Shown piece by piece: positions 1 to 9,549 of a stretch of 64,000 nucleotides of DNA. The notes under the pieces are model-generated. The model had not been told where the DNA came from, searched no databases, and saw only the letters and a program-made list of their open reading frames with translations. Numbering within the stretch: position 1 is the stretch's first letter; each line of letters begins with the position of its first letter. Both the position numbers and the translations under genes were made by a program. Origin of the DNA: a bacterium (GTDB lineage: Bacteria > Margulisbacteria > WOR-1 > O2-12-FULL-45-9 > XYB2-FULL-48-7); the NCBI GenBank assembly GCA_043812655.1, contig JBDRLW010000044.1:1-64000 (forward strand), written 5' to 3'.

Positions 1-76
1 GGAGAGGGTGGGTTTCATCCAGACCAGAAAGAAAAACTACCCCTCTCCCCTTGGGAGAGGGGCCAGGGGTGAGGGC
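1..76. repeat. REP/REPIN-like palindromic element, CCCTCACCCC..CCCTCTCCC-GGGAGAGGG family (truncated by window edge)
   Basis: Reverse complement matches the copy at 29021-29142, including the gtagtttt...aaacccaccctctcc linker ends. Confidence 0.85.
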
Positions 77-79
77 TAA

Positions 80-1891
80 ATGAAAAAAGAAACCATAATC
101 GACCTTTTCTTCTTGCTCCTCACCTTCTTTTTTTTCTTTCTCTACTTTGAGCCTAGATATCTATTTCTTTCCAACACTATTACCGGCGGAGATATCGCTT
201 CGCATTACCACATCACGGAGTATTTAAAGAATGTCCTGCTCCCCCAAGGGAAAATAATGGGCTGGACGATGGATAATTTCTGCGGCTATCCGCTTTTTTA
301 CCATTATTTCCCTCTCCCTTTTATTTTGGCCGCCGTCGCTGGCTATTTTTTCCCGTTAGCTATCAGCTTTAAACTGGTCTCCGTGACCGGCGTTTTTTTC
401 TTTCCCTTGGCGGTCTATTTAATGTTCCGCTTTTTGCGCTACGAATTCCCGATCCCGATCATTGCCAGCCTTTTTTCCCTCGCTTATCTTTTTAATCCCT
501 GGCAGGCAATGTGGGGGGGGAATATTATGAGCGTCTTGGTCGGGGAGTTTTGCCAATCATTTAGCATGTTATTCTTTTTGGTCGCTATTGGTTCCTTATA
601 TCGCGGGATCAACGAAAACAAGTATCTTTTCCTCAACGCTGTTTTGGTCGCCTTAATGGCGCTAAGCCACGGGATCCCAATCTCTCTTTTCGTCGTTGTC
701 TCATCTTATTTTCTGTTCAATCAACCCTGGAAAAATCTTTGGTACTTAATAAAAATATATTCTCTTGGCTTTTTGCTGATCTCTTATTGGTTCATCCCTT
801 TTCTCTTTAATATTCCCTATACTACGCCTTTAACCTACGCCTATGCCTTCAATTCTCCCTGGGAGATCTTTCCGCCCATCTTGATCCCTTTCTTTCTATT
901 GTCAGTTTATGCGCTTGCAACTATGCTAAAAGCTAGAAACCCCAGGCTAAAGTCTGGGGTATTATTATTCCCCACACTTCAGTGTGGGGTTTTTGACTCA
1001 AGAATATTGTATTTTATATTCATCATTATAGTTTCATTCCTCCTTGGTCTAGCCGCCCCCAGGATTGGCTTGATCGATTCCAGGTATTTTACCTTTGTCC
1101 AATTATTTTTAACCCTGATTGGCGCAATTAGTCTTCAGTCACTTTTTTCCGAGCATAAACGTCCAGTCGTTGTCTTTTTCTCTATCCTTTTTGTCTTTTT
1201 AACAATTAGTTTATGGTTAAAGGTTAATTGCACCAAGATCAAAAGCCATATCGATTGGAATTATTCTGGGGTGGAAACCCGGGCCAGCTGGCCAGATTTC
1301 ATCGCTTTGACAAAATATTTACGAGAGACTCCCGGCGGCGGACGAGTGGCAGTCGAAAACACATATGATCTAATTGAGTTTGGCACTCCCCGGATCTTTG
1401 AGTCGCTAAAAAGCTTCGCGGGCCGGGATACTTTAAAGGGGCTGCTTGTCTCTTCTTCGATCACCACCCCATTTATTAGGCAAATTGAAGCAGAGATCTC
1501 AAACAATCCTAAACTGGCCGCCACTCATCTTAAAATGTGCGGGGCAACCCAATTGATCGCCCGGACAGAAAAATTAAAAAAACAACTCCAGGTTTTAACC
1601 GAATATAAATTTGAAAAAAGATTCGGGTCCTGCGAGGTCTATCGGGTGGTTGGCAGCGATCCCCGCTATATCCCGCTCGCCCAGACAGAAAAGATCGGCC
1701 AGGAAACCGTTGAATTCACTACAACCCGCTTAAACCAGCCCCATCTGATCAAAATTTCCTATCATCCTAATTGGGTCGTGGCTGGCGCGGACAAGATTTA
1801 TCGCGTTCGGCCAAGTTTTATGATGGTTCGGCCTAAGCAGAAAAACGTTAAATTGGTGTTTAATTCATTTTGGAAAAGCGTTGGGCGTTAG
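80..1891 (+). CDS. Polytopic membrane protein, PTPS-related/GT-C-fold glycosyltransferase-like
   Basis: 603 aa; GGDxxxH after the first TM, GYPLFYHYFPL, about 12 hydrophobic segments, YfhO-like C-terminus (SYHPNW). Confidence 0.65.
   Translation: MKKETIIDLFFLLLTFFFFFLYFEPRYLFLSNTITGGDIASHYHITEYLKNVLLPQGKIMGWTMDNFCGYPLFYHYFPLPFILAAVAGYFFPLAISFKLVSVTGVFFFPLAVYLMFRFLRYEFPIPIIASLFSLAYLFNPWQAMWGGNIMSVLVGEFCQSFSMLFFLVAIGSLYRGINENKYLFLNAVLVALMALSHGIPISLFVVVSSYFLFNQPWKNLWYLIKIYSLGFLLISYWFIPFLFNIPYTTPLTYAYAFNSPWEIFPPILIPFFLLSVYALATMLKARNPRLKSGVLLFPTLQCGVFDSRILYFIFIIIVSFLLGLAAPRIGLIDSRYFTFVQLFLTLIGAISLQSLFSEHKRPVVVFFSILFVFLTISLWLKVNCTKIKSHIDWNYSGVETRASWPDFIALTKYLRETPGGGRVAVENTYDLIEFGTPRIFESLKSFAGRDTLKGLLVSSSITTPFIRQIEAEISNNPKLAATHLKMCGATQLIARTEKLKKQLQVLTEYKFEKRFGSCEVYRVVGSDPRYIPLAQTEKIGQETVEFTTTRLNQPHLIKISYHPNWVVAGADKIYRVRPSFMMVRPKQKNVKLVFNSFWKSVGR
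937..997. repeat. Double-hairpin palindromic element in frame within the CDS (resembles IS200/IS605 end hairpins)
   Basis: accccaggctaaagtctggggt and ccccacacttcagtgtgggg, ending in ttgac. Confidence 0.7.
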
Positions 1892-1989
1892 TGACGCGCG
1901 AAACGAAATGCGTACTGAGTGAGGCGTTTTCTTTTTCCCTTTTTACACGCTTCTCTTCCGCTTTACGTTTCGCCCTTCGCCCAACGCTT
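1876..1989. repeat. Long imperfect inverted repeat between convergent genes
   Basis: aagcgttgggcg/cgcccaacgctt outer arms, gcgaaacg/cgtttcgc and gaggcgt/acgcttc inner arms. Confidence 0.7.
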
Positions 1990-1996
1990 CCGCTCT

Positions 1997-2947
1997 TCAT
2001 TCCTTCGTGGCAGCTCTGGTCATTAGGTCGGAGATAGCGCTGTAAGGCTCTTTCCCTTCGTACAATAAAGAGTAGACTTGCGCGGTTATCGGCATTTCAA
2101 TCCCTTGTTTTTTAGCTAGTTCCCTGGCCGCCCGGGTGGTTGCGACTCCTTCGGCCACATCTTTCATCCCTTTTAAGATATCAGGAAGCTTTTTGCCTTT
2201 GGCTAATTCCTCACCCACAAAATGGTTGCGGGAAAGCTTACTGGCACAGGTAGTAATGAGGTCCCCCATCCCCGAAAGCCCGGCAAAGGTTTCCGGCTTG
2301 GCACCGCAAGAAACGCCCAAACGAGTGATCTCTACTATTCCGCGAATTAACAGCGCCGCTTTGGCATTATCGCCTAGGCCCAACCCATCAACCACCCCCG
2401 CCGCGATCGCCACCACATTTTTTAAAGCGCCGCCTAACTCTACGCCAACCACGTCATTATTGGTATAGACCCGAAAACGTTCCTGGATCAAGCTGGCCTG
2501 GATCTTTTCAGCAACATTTTTATATTTGGCGGCCACTACGGCCGCCGCTGGCAATCCCTTGGCGATCTCTGAAGAGAGGTTTGGCCCGGAAATAACCGCG
2601 TATTCTCTCTTGCCCAACTTTTCTTCTAAAATCTCGACTGGCAATTTTAGGCTCTTTTCTTCGATCCCTTTAGCGGCTGAGACAACAATAGCCGCTGGGT
2701 TAATAAAGCTTTTAGCTTGTTCGGCCACTCCACCGATAAATTGGGTGGGGACAACAAAATAGACTATTTCGGCGTCTTTTATATGTGAGAGATCGCCAAC
2801 GATCGAAACATCCTTTGGCACCGGGATCGCTGGTAAAAATGTAGCTCCCTCATAAGCCCAGAGAGTGACCTCGTTCCCTTTTTCGGCCAAAAGGACGGCC
2901 AGTGTCGCACCCCACGCCCCCGCGCCGATCACTGCTACCCGGCTCAT
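1997..2947 (-). CDS. gpsA: NAD(P)H-dependent glycerol-3-phosphate dehydrogenase
   Basis: GAGAWG Rossmann motif, GALKNV, GLSGMGDLITTC, SRN. Confidence 0.97.
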   Translation of the reverse strand: MSRVAVIGAGAWGATLAVLLAEKGNEVTLWAYEGATFLPAIPVPKDVSIVGDLSHIKDAEIVYFVVPTQFIGGVAEQAKSFINPAAIVVSAAKGIEEKSLKLPVEILEEKLGKREYAVISGPNLSSEIAKGLPAAAVVAAKYKNVAEKIQASLIQERFRVYTNNDVVGVELGGALKNVVAIAAGVVDGLGLGDNAKAALLIRGIVEITRLGVSCGAKPETFAGLSGMGDLITTCASKLSRNHFVGEELAKGKKLPDILKGMKDVAEGVATTRAARELAKKQGIEMPITAQVYSLLYEGKEPYSAISDLMTRAATKE

Positions 2948-3528
2948 TCTCTATGCCCGAAACGGTGCTCGGTCCCAGCTAAAAGCCGCTTCACATTGGG
3001 AATATGACGGAACAAAATAAAAACCGCGATGAAAAAAGTTACCCAAATATATGCCGACGGTTTCTGCCAAACCACCATCATCAGCCAAACCGCGAAAGAG
3101 GTAAAGATCGAAGCGACCGAAACATACCTGGTGACAGAGATTAGTATGATCGCGATGATTATAACGACTATAAATATATCGGGCGCGATGCCAGCCAAGA
3201 CACCCAGCCCGGTCGCCGCTCCTTTCCCCCCCTTAAACTTCATAAAGCAAGAATACATGTGGCCCAAGATCGCGGCAAAACCAAATAACAGGATGACCAA
3301 GGGGTCGCTGCTGGCCATAAACCCGAGCCAAACAGCCAAAGTTCCTTTTAAAAAATCCAGGATAAAGACTGTCACTCCCGGCCACACCCCAACGATCCGA
3401 AAAACATTGGTCGCGCCGATATTTCCCGAACCGTGGCGGCGGATATCGACATTCCACGCCCTGGCAACCACGTAGCCAAAAGGGATCGAACCTAAGAGAT
3501 AACAGGCAAGCAATCCAAGAATTACCAT
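2944..3528 (-). CDS. plsY: Acyl-phosphate:glycerol-3-phosphate acyltransferase
   Basis: YLLGSIPFG, GSGNIGATN, FKGGKG, RHxxN; ATG 3528 preferred over TTG 3534. Confidence 0.96.
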   Translation of the reverse strand: MVILGLLACYLLGSIPFGYVVARAWNVDIRRHGSGNIGATNVFRIVGVWPGVTVFILDFLKGTLAVWLGFMASSDPLVILLFGFAAILGHMYSCFMKFKGGKGAATGLGVLAGIAPDIFIVVIIIAIILISVTRYVSVASIFTSFAVWLMMVVWQKPSAYIWVTFFIAVFILFRHIPNVKRLLAGTEHRFGHRE

Positions 3529-3582
3529 GGGCAAATTCTACTTTACTTGCCAGGACCAGTCAAGGTTTGTTATACTTACTTT

Positions 3583-4137
3583 ATGGCAATTCCTATTAAC
3601 GACGTTAAACCAGGCGTCACGGTCTTGATCGGCAACGATCTGCTCCGCTGCCTTGAGTATCACCACCAACGTTCCGCCCAGCAAAGCTGGATCAAAGCTA
3701 AATTCAAGAACATCCGGAGCGGCGCTATTATCGAAAAGACTTTTAAGCCGGGTGAAAAGATCGACACCGCGCACCTCGATTATAAAGCGATGCAATTCCT
3801 GTATGCTGACGGCAGTGCCTACCATTTCATGGACCCTGTCACGTTCGAACAGATCGCGATCCCGGCCAAAAAATTAGAAGAAGCAAAAAAATACCTTAAA
3901 GAAGGGTTTGTGATCAACATTTCTTTCTATGGCGATGAGGTCCTTGATGTTGACCTTCCCGGCTCCGTTGAATTAAAAGTGACCGATACTTCCCCCGGTT
4001 TTAAAGGGGACACTGTTTCCGGCGGCAAACCGGCAACAATGGAGACCGGTGCTGTTATCCAGGTCCCATTCTTTGTTAACGTCGGAGATCTGTTGCGAGT
4101 CGACACCAGGGAAGGCAAATACCTAGGGAGGGCATAA
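3583..4137 (+). CDS. efp: Elongation factor P with atypical tip loop
   Basis: QFLY, HFMD..TFEQ, PGFKGDT, KPATMETG, VPFFV..GD...VDTR; ATG 3583. Confidence 0.95.
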   Translation: MAIPINDVKPGVTVLIGNDLLRCLEYHHQRSAQQSWIKAKFKNIRSGAIIEKTFKPGEKIDTAHLDYKAMQFLYADGSAYHFMDPVTFEQIAIPAKKLEEAKKYLKEGFVINISFYGDEVLDVDLPGSVELKVTDTSPGFKGDTVSGGKPATMETGAVIQVPFFVNVGDLLRVDTREGKYLGRA

Positions 4138-4139
4138 AA

Positions 4140-4589
4140 ATGGATTTTGAAATATTAAAAAAGCTTATCAAATTGGTTAAGGACGAAGATGTTTCTGGCC
4201 TAGCAGTTGAGGAACAAGGAGTAAAATATGAGGTTCGCCGGGAAAAAAGTCTTTCTAGCCCTACTCACTCCCAACCAACTACCATTCCAGTCGCCCAACC
4301 CAAAACCCACCTACCGACTCCAGCCAAAGAAGTCAAGGAAGATGACGGGTTGATCGCCATTACTTCGCCAATGGTCGGGACTTTCTACCAATCACCGTCG
4401 CCAGAATCGCCCGCTTTTGTTAAAGTCGGCGACGATGTTGAGCCGGGCAAGGTAGTTTGCATCATTGAAGCCATGAAATTGTTCAATGAGATAGAGTCGG
4501 AGATCAGGGGCAAGATCGTCAAGATCCTGGCCGAAAACGGCAAGCCGGTTGAATACGGCCAAAAACTCTTTTTAGTTAAAAAGATATGA
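4140..4589 (+). CDS. accB: Acetyl-CoA carboxylase biotin carboxyl carrier protein
   Basis: SPMVGTFY and EAMK biotinylation motif. Confidence 0.96.
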   Translation: MDFEILKKLIKLVKDEDVSGLAVEEQGVKYEVRREKSLSSPTHSQPTTIPVAQPKTHLPTPAKEVKEDDGLIAITSPMVGTFYQSPSPESPAFVKVGDDVEPGKVVCIIEAMKLFNEIESEIRGKIVKILAENGKPVEYGQKLFLVKKI

Positions 4590-5458
4590 TCGCCATTTGG
4601 CGTTCGCTCCGCCCCAAACAGTGGGCAAAAAATTTATTTCTTTTTGCCGGGTTGATTTTTTCGGTTAAATTCTTTGATCTCCCGCTCCTGGCAATAACCG
4701 CCTCCGCTTTTACCTTGTTTTGCCTGCTTAGCAGTTCGATCTACCTGATCAACGATATCCGGGATAAAGAGAGCGACCAAAAACATCCGACCAAGAAACT
4801 GCGGCCAATTGCTTCGGGCCAATTAAGCGTCCCCTTAGCCCTCTTTGTGGCCATAATCTTCGCCTCTTTCTCTCTTATCGCTTCCTTTTATCTGAACATC
4901 GCTTTCGGACTGGTAGCACTAACCTATTTTATCTTAATGGTCAGCTACACTTTTATCCTGCGTGAGATCGTTATTCTCGATGTCTTTTCAATTGCCGCCG
5001 GCTTTGTCTTGCGGGCGATCGCCGGGGTCGTGGTTATCGGGGTTATCCTCTCTCCCTGGCTTTTTATCTGTACGATCCTCCTTTCCTTATTTATCGCCCT
5101 AGGAAAAAGGCGGAATGAATTAGTTACCCTGTCTGGCAATGCAACGGAACACCGGAAGATCCTCGATGAATATAATCCAGCGCTCTTGGACCAGTTAATT
5201 TCCGCGGTAGCCGGCTCAACGATCATTGCTTATTCACTTTACACCCTCTGGCCAGATACAGTAGCAAAATTTAGCAGCTATAACCTCGTCTACTCGGTCC
5301 CCTTTGTCCTTTACGGCATCTTCAGGTATCTTTATTTAATATACCAAAAAGGTAAAGGCGGCAAGCCCGAGGAATTATTGCTGACCGATATGCCATTATT
5401 AATTAATATTTTATTCTGGATCAGTTCGCTGATTATCATCATTTATTATATTAAGTAA
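4586..5458 (+). CDS. UbiA-family polyprenyl-phosphate phosphoribosyltransferase (DPPR synthase-like)
   Basis: RPKQWAKN, YLINDIRD..DQKHP.K..RPIASG, GFVLRA, KRRNEL. Confidence 0.85.
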   Translation: MIAIWRSLRPKQWAKNLFLFAGLIFSVKFFDLPLLAITASAFTLFCLLSSSIYLINDIRDKESDQKHPTKKLRPIASGQLSVPLALFVAIIFASFSLIASFYLNIAFGLVALTYFILMVSYTFILREIVILDVFSIAAGFVLRAIAGVVVIGVILSPWLFICTILLSLFIALGKRRNELVTLSGNATEHRKILDEYNPALLDQLISAVAGSTIIAYSLYTLWPDTVAKFSSYNLVYSVPFVLYGIFRYLYLIYQKGKGGKPEELLLTDMPLLINILFWISSLIIIIYYIK

Positions 5459-5470
5459 GGGAACATTTTT

Positions 5471-6508
5471 ATGAAGATCTTAGTGACTGGCGGGGCTGGG
5501 TTCTTGGGGATCAACCTGATCCGTTACTTATTTAGCCAAGGCCAAACTGATATAGTCTCGCTCGATTTGGCTGACTTTGATTATCCGGAAAAGACCCGGG
5601 TCACCATTGTCCACGGTGACATCCGCGATCCACAAGCCGTCGCTAAGGCTATGTCTGGGGTTAATTTGGTGGTCCATACCGCCGCCGCCCTCCCGCTTTA
5701 CAAAAAAGAAGAGATCTTCTCTACCGACATCGATGGAACCAATATTTTACTTGAAGCCGCGGCCAAAGCCAAAGTTGAACGGTTCGTCCACGTCTCTTCC
5801 ACCGCTGTTTACGGCATACCTGACCATCATCCTCTCCGGGAAACAGATAAACTGGATGGCGTCGGCCCGTACGGTATCGCTAAGATCAAAGCCGAAGAAG
5901 TCTGCCTCATATTCCGTCAGCAAGGAATGTGCGTCCCGATCATTCGGCCGAAATCTTTTATCGGCCCGGAACGGCTTGGCGTCTTTGCTCTTTTCTATGA
6001 TTGGGCTAAAGATGGCAAGAACTTTCCGATGATCGGCAGCGGCAATAATCGCTACCAACTCCTCGATGTTGAAGACTTATGCGCCGCCATTTACCTTTGT
6101 TTAACGCTTGATAAAAAAACCGTTAACGATACTTTTAACATCGGGGCTAAAGATTTCACTACTATGAAAGAAGATTACCAAGCCGTCCTTGATCGGGCCG
6201 GCTTTGGCAAGAGGATCATCGGTTTCCCGGCCGAACCAGTCATTTGGGGGCTTAGGATCCTGGAATTTTTCAAGCTCTCCCCGCTTTATAAATGGGTTTA
6301 TGAAACCGCCTCTAAGGATTCTTTTGTCTCGATCGAGAAAGCAGAAAAAATTATTGGCTTCAAACCAAAGTACTCCAATAAAGATGCGCTCGTGAGAAAT
6401 TTTGAATGGTACTTAGCTAATTTGAAAAACTTTGAGCATGCCAGTGGAGTCTCTCACCGCGTCCCATGGAAACAAGGGATCCTCAGGCTAGTCAAAGCGT
6501 TATTTTGA
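5471..6508 (+). CDS. NAD-dependent epimerase/dehydratase (extended SDR)
   Basis: TGGAGFLG, SSTAVYG, YxxxK (YGIAK). Confidence 0.9.
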   Translation: MKILVTGGAGFLGINLIRYLFSQGQTDIVSLDLADFDYPEKTRVTIVHGDIRDPQAVAKAMSGVNLVVHTAAALPLYKKEEIFSTDIDGTNILLEAAAKAKVERFVHVSSTAVYGIPDHHPLRETDKLDGVGPYGIAKIKAEEVCLIFRQQGMCVPIIRPKSFIGPERLGVFALFYDWAKDGKNFPMIGSGNNRYQLLDVEDLCAAIYLCLTLDKKTVNDTFNIGAKDFTTMKEDYQAVLDRAGFGKRIIGFPAEPVIWGLRILEFFKLSPLYKWVYETASKDSFVSIEKAEKIIGFKPKYSNKDALVRNFEWYLANLKNFEHASGVSHRVPWKQGILRLVKALF

Positions 6509-6862
6509 GAAGAACAACATTTGGATCGCGATAACCAAAAGGTAGACCGCGAAGATCTTTTTTAAAATATCATCGGACAACGGCTGGGCGAAGACCGCGC
6601 CGATATAGCCACCGACCAAAAAACCAACCGCCATAAAGGCCGCGAATTTTAAGTTTACGTTCCCGGCTTGCCAATATTTCATCGCCGCTAAAGCTCCGAC
6701 CGGTAATAGTAGGGCCGCGATCGAAGTCCCTTGGGCCATATGCTGGGTAGTTTTAAAAATAAGGAGTAAGGTCGGTATAAGGATCGTCGCGCCGCCAATG
6801 CCAAGAAGGCCGCTCAAAGTTCCCGCCGCCAAACCAATGGCTAAAAGACCAAGTATTTCCAT
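6500..6862 (-). CDS. Half-size TauE/SafE (TSUP) family membrane protein
   Basis: GLLGIGG..LIP and AQGTS motifs, 120 aa. Confidence 0.85.
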   Translation of the reverse strand: MEILGLLAIGLAAGTLSGLLGIGGATILIPTLLLIFKTTQHMAQGTSIAALLLPVGALAAMKYWQAGNVNLKFAAFMAVGFLVGGYIGAVFAQPLSDDILKKIFAVYLLVIAIQMLFFSK

Positions 6863-7311
6863 TAGGACAACAGTTCTCTGACCAATTGACTGACCAGTTT
6901 ACCGTCGCTGGCTGGGGCTTTGACTTTAACCGCTTTCATCACGTTCCCCATGTCTTTAATAGTAGTTGCCCCAACCTCTCCGATCACTTGCTGGACAAGC
7001 GCTTTAACTTCATCAGCCGAAAGTTCCTTTGGTAAATATTCCTGGACAATTTTTAGCTCCGCTTCCGCTTGGCTAATTTCACTTGTCCGACCAATCTTCT
7101 TAAATTCTTCGATCGATTCCTTGATGCTTTTGCCATACTTGTTAAGGATCACCATGATCTCCGCGTCCGGCAGGTCCCCTCGGGCATTGACATTAAGGAC
7201 CTTGCTTTTCATCATCCGTAAAACGCTTAAACGAAGTTCATCTTTGGCCTTCATCGCCGTTTGGAGATCGGTGTTTATCTTATTCAATAGTTCTCTTTTT
7301 TCTTCGGCCAT
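6862..7311 (-). CDS. GatB/YqeY domain protein
   Basis: AMKAKD..RLSVLR, YLPKELS, KDMGNVM, DGK. Confidence 0.92.
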   Translation of the reverse strand: MAEEKRELLNKINTDLQTAMKAKDELRLSVLRMMKSKVLNVNARGDLPDAEIMVILNKYGKSIKESIEEFKKIGRTSEISQAEAELKIVQEYLPKELSADEVKALVQQVIGEVGATTIKDMGNVMKAVKVKAPASDGKLVSQLVRELLS

Positions 7312-7314
7312 TTT

Positions 7315-7494
7315 TTATCCTCCCTGTTTCCCGTTTTGCCCCCAATTTTCTTTGGGGATATCTTCCAGGACAACGATGACCGCTTCCGGCGGGCATTTGA
7401 CCGTGTCGCAAACAGATTTGGTGACACTCTCGATCAATTTTTTCTTGGTCTCTTTGTCGCGCCCGGCCCATAATCCGATTTTTACTATTGGCAT
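7315..7494 (-). CDS. 4-oxalocrotonate tautomerase family protein (59 aa, not in ORF track)
   Basis: Hand translation MPIVKIGLWAGRDKETKKKLIESVT...VIVVLEDIPKENWGQNGK; catalytic Pro after Met. Confidence 0.92.
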   Translation of the reverse strand: MPIVKIGLWAGRDKETKKKLIESVTKSVCDTVKCPPEAVIVVLEDIPKENWGQNGKQGG

Positions 7495-7509
7495 GATAAA
7501 ATTATACTC

Positions 7510-8484
7510 GTGCTAAGTATAATACGCAAGTTCCTGATATATGTTTTATTGTTCTTGACCAGTAACACCGCCTTGGCCTTTTCGCCGGCTAGGCTCGAGC
7601 AAATCCTTTTGCCATACAAGGGAAAAGTCGGCCTCGCCTTTGTCGACCTTAATACCGGTTACACTTTCCACGTTAATGGCTCAAATAAATATCCGGCCGC
7701 TTCGGTCGCCAAAGTCCCGGTCATGGCCACCGCCTATTATCTGGCCGACCAGGGGAAGCTCGACCTAGACGCTAAAGTTACCTTAAGGCAAAGTGATAAG
7801 TTGGGCGGTTCTGGTGTTTTGCAATGGCGAAAACCGGGACAACGATACACTTTAAGGAATTTGATCAGGATGATGATCTCCCTCTCCGATAATACCGCGA
7901 CTAGGATGATCGTTAACGTCATTGGCACGCCAGAGATCAATAGCTATATCCGCTCGGCCGGGCTAGAAAACACCATTGTTGCCGACCCTACTATGTTAAA
8001 AGCGCCTCCCGGCCCCGGGAATAACCGGACTTCACCGCTTGATATGGCCAAATTGATCGCTAAGATCAATGACGGCGTAAGTTTTTATCCTGCTTCAGCC
8101 CAAGAAATGCTCGGATTCATGAAAAATCAGCGCTACCGCTGGGGGATCTGGCGCGGCGTGCCAAAAAATATTGTTGTTGCCGACAAGACCGGGAACCTTG
8201 ACGGAGTTTTAAATGACGCGGGGATCGTCTACACCAAGCCGGGGAACTATATCCTTTCGGTCTTTACTTACGATTTTAAGAAACAGCGGGATGCTCGTCA
8301 AGTCATCAACGCCCTATCAACAGCCGCTTATGAAGAATACACTGGAGAAAAAGTGCCAAAGCCAAAGGTTAAAAAAATAACTTATAAAAAGAAGAAGATC
8401 ACAAAGCGGCGATCACCGCGTCGGCCATCCGTGAAGTTGAAACGGCGGACGGGTCAGTCCGTTCGGGCTTCAAGTCGTAAGTAA
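7510..8484 (+). CDS. Class A beta-lactamase-fold serine hydrolase (PBP-A-like) with signal peptide and basic tail
   Basis: SVAK, SDN and KTG motifs; no Glu166 equivalent. Confidence 0.85.
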   Translation: MLSIIRKFLIYVLLFLTSNTALAFSPARLEQILLPYKGKVGLAFVDLNTGYTFHVNGSNKYPAASVAKVPVMATAYYLADQGKLDLDAKVTLRQSDKLGGSGVLQWRKPGQRYTLRNLIRMMISLSDNTATRMIVNVIGTPEINSYIRSAGLENTIVADPTMLKAPPGPGNNRTSPLDMAKLIAKINDGVSFYPASAQEMLGFMKNQRYRWGIWRGVPKNIVVADKTGNLDGVLNDAGIVYTKPGNYILSVFTYDFKKQRDARQVINALSTAAYEEYTGEKVPKPKVKKITYKKKKITKRRSPRRPSVKLKRRTGQSVRASSRK

Positions 8485-9478
8485 CGCTCTTCCCCGCGGC
8501 GATAACCTTGGCGACCGCAGCGTCTAACTTCTGCGCTGCCGCTTTTTCGCCCAAATAGTCCAGCATCAGGACCGCCGAAAGGATCATTGCGACCGGATTA
8601 ACTTTATTTTGCCCGGCATATTTTGGCGCTGAACCATGGATCGCTTCAAAGACCGCGATCCCATCGCCTAAGTTCGCTCCTGGCGCGATCCCGAGCCCGC
8701 CGATCAAACCAGCGCAAAGGTCCGAAAGAATATCGCCGTATAAATTTGGCAAGCACAAAACATCATAAAGCTCCGGCTTTTGGACCAACTGCATGCACAT
8801 ATTATCGATCAGTCTCTCTTCGTACTCAATTTTCCCTTCATATTCTTTGGCTACATCGCGGGCGGCGGCAAAGAAGAGCCCGTCGGTAAACTTCATAATG
8901 TTGGCTTTGGAGATCGCCGTCACTTTTTTCCGTTTATTTTTTACCGCGTAATCAAAAGCGAATTTAACGATCCGTTTTGATCCGGAGATCGAGATCGGCT
9001 TGATGGAAATCCCAGAATCCTGCCGTATTTTCTTTTTGGATAAAGTTTCGATCTCACCGATCAGCTTTTTGGTCTCCGGTTTCCCCTCTTCAAACTCGAT
9101 CCCGGCATAAAGATCTTCGGTATTTTCCCGGACAACAACTAAATCGATGTTTTCATATTTGGAGCGGACACCTTTGTATGATTTTGTCGGTCGCAAACAA
9201 GCATAAAGGTCTAATTCTTTACGAATGGCAACGTTAACCGAGCGGAAGCCAGTCCCGATCGGCGTAGTTAAGGGCCCTTTTAGTGCGACTTTGTTCTTTC
9301 TAATAGAAGCGAGCGTCGAATCTGGCAGTGGTGTGCCGTATTTATCAATCACATCGGCGCCAGCTTCCGCTATTTCCCAATCGATTTTCACTCCGGTCGC
9401 GTCAACACAGCGCCTGGCGGCAGTTGAAACTTCCGGCCCGATGCCATCGCCGGGGATTAAGGTTATTTTGTATGACAT
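8399..9478 (-). CDS. Isocitrate/isopropylmalate dehydrogenase family, probably NAD-dependent IDH
   Basis: [38 protein letters not shown]. Confidence 0.92.
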   Translation of the reverse strand: MSYKITLIPGDGIGPEVSTAARRCVDATGVKIDWEIAEAGADVIDKYGTPLPDSTLASIRKNKVALKGPLTTPIGTGFRSVNVAIRKELDLYACLRPTKSYKGVRSKYENIDLVVVRENTEDLYAGIEFEEGKPETKKLIGEIETLSKKKIRQDSGISIKPISISGSKRIVKFAFDYAVKNKRKKVTAISKANIMKFTDGLFFAAARDVAKEYEGKIEYEERLIDNMCMQLVQKPELYDVLCLPNLYGDILSDLCAGLIGGLGIAPGANLGDGIAVFEAIHGSAPKYAGQNKVNPVAMILSAVLMLDYLGEKAAAQKLDAAVAKVIAAGKSVTYDLKPERTDPSAVSTSRMADAVIAAL

Positions 9479-9549
9479 ATAAAATATTATATCATACTCT
9501 TCTTCGCGCGCTTTGCAGCTTTGTCTCTTCGTGGTAAAATCTTAAAATC

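Noticed and set aside
7510..8484. Antibiotic-resistance beta-lactamase
   Set aside because: No Glu166 equivalent in the omega loop; a PBP-like role is more likely.
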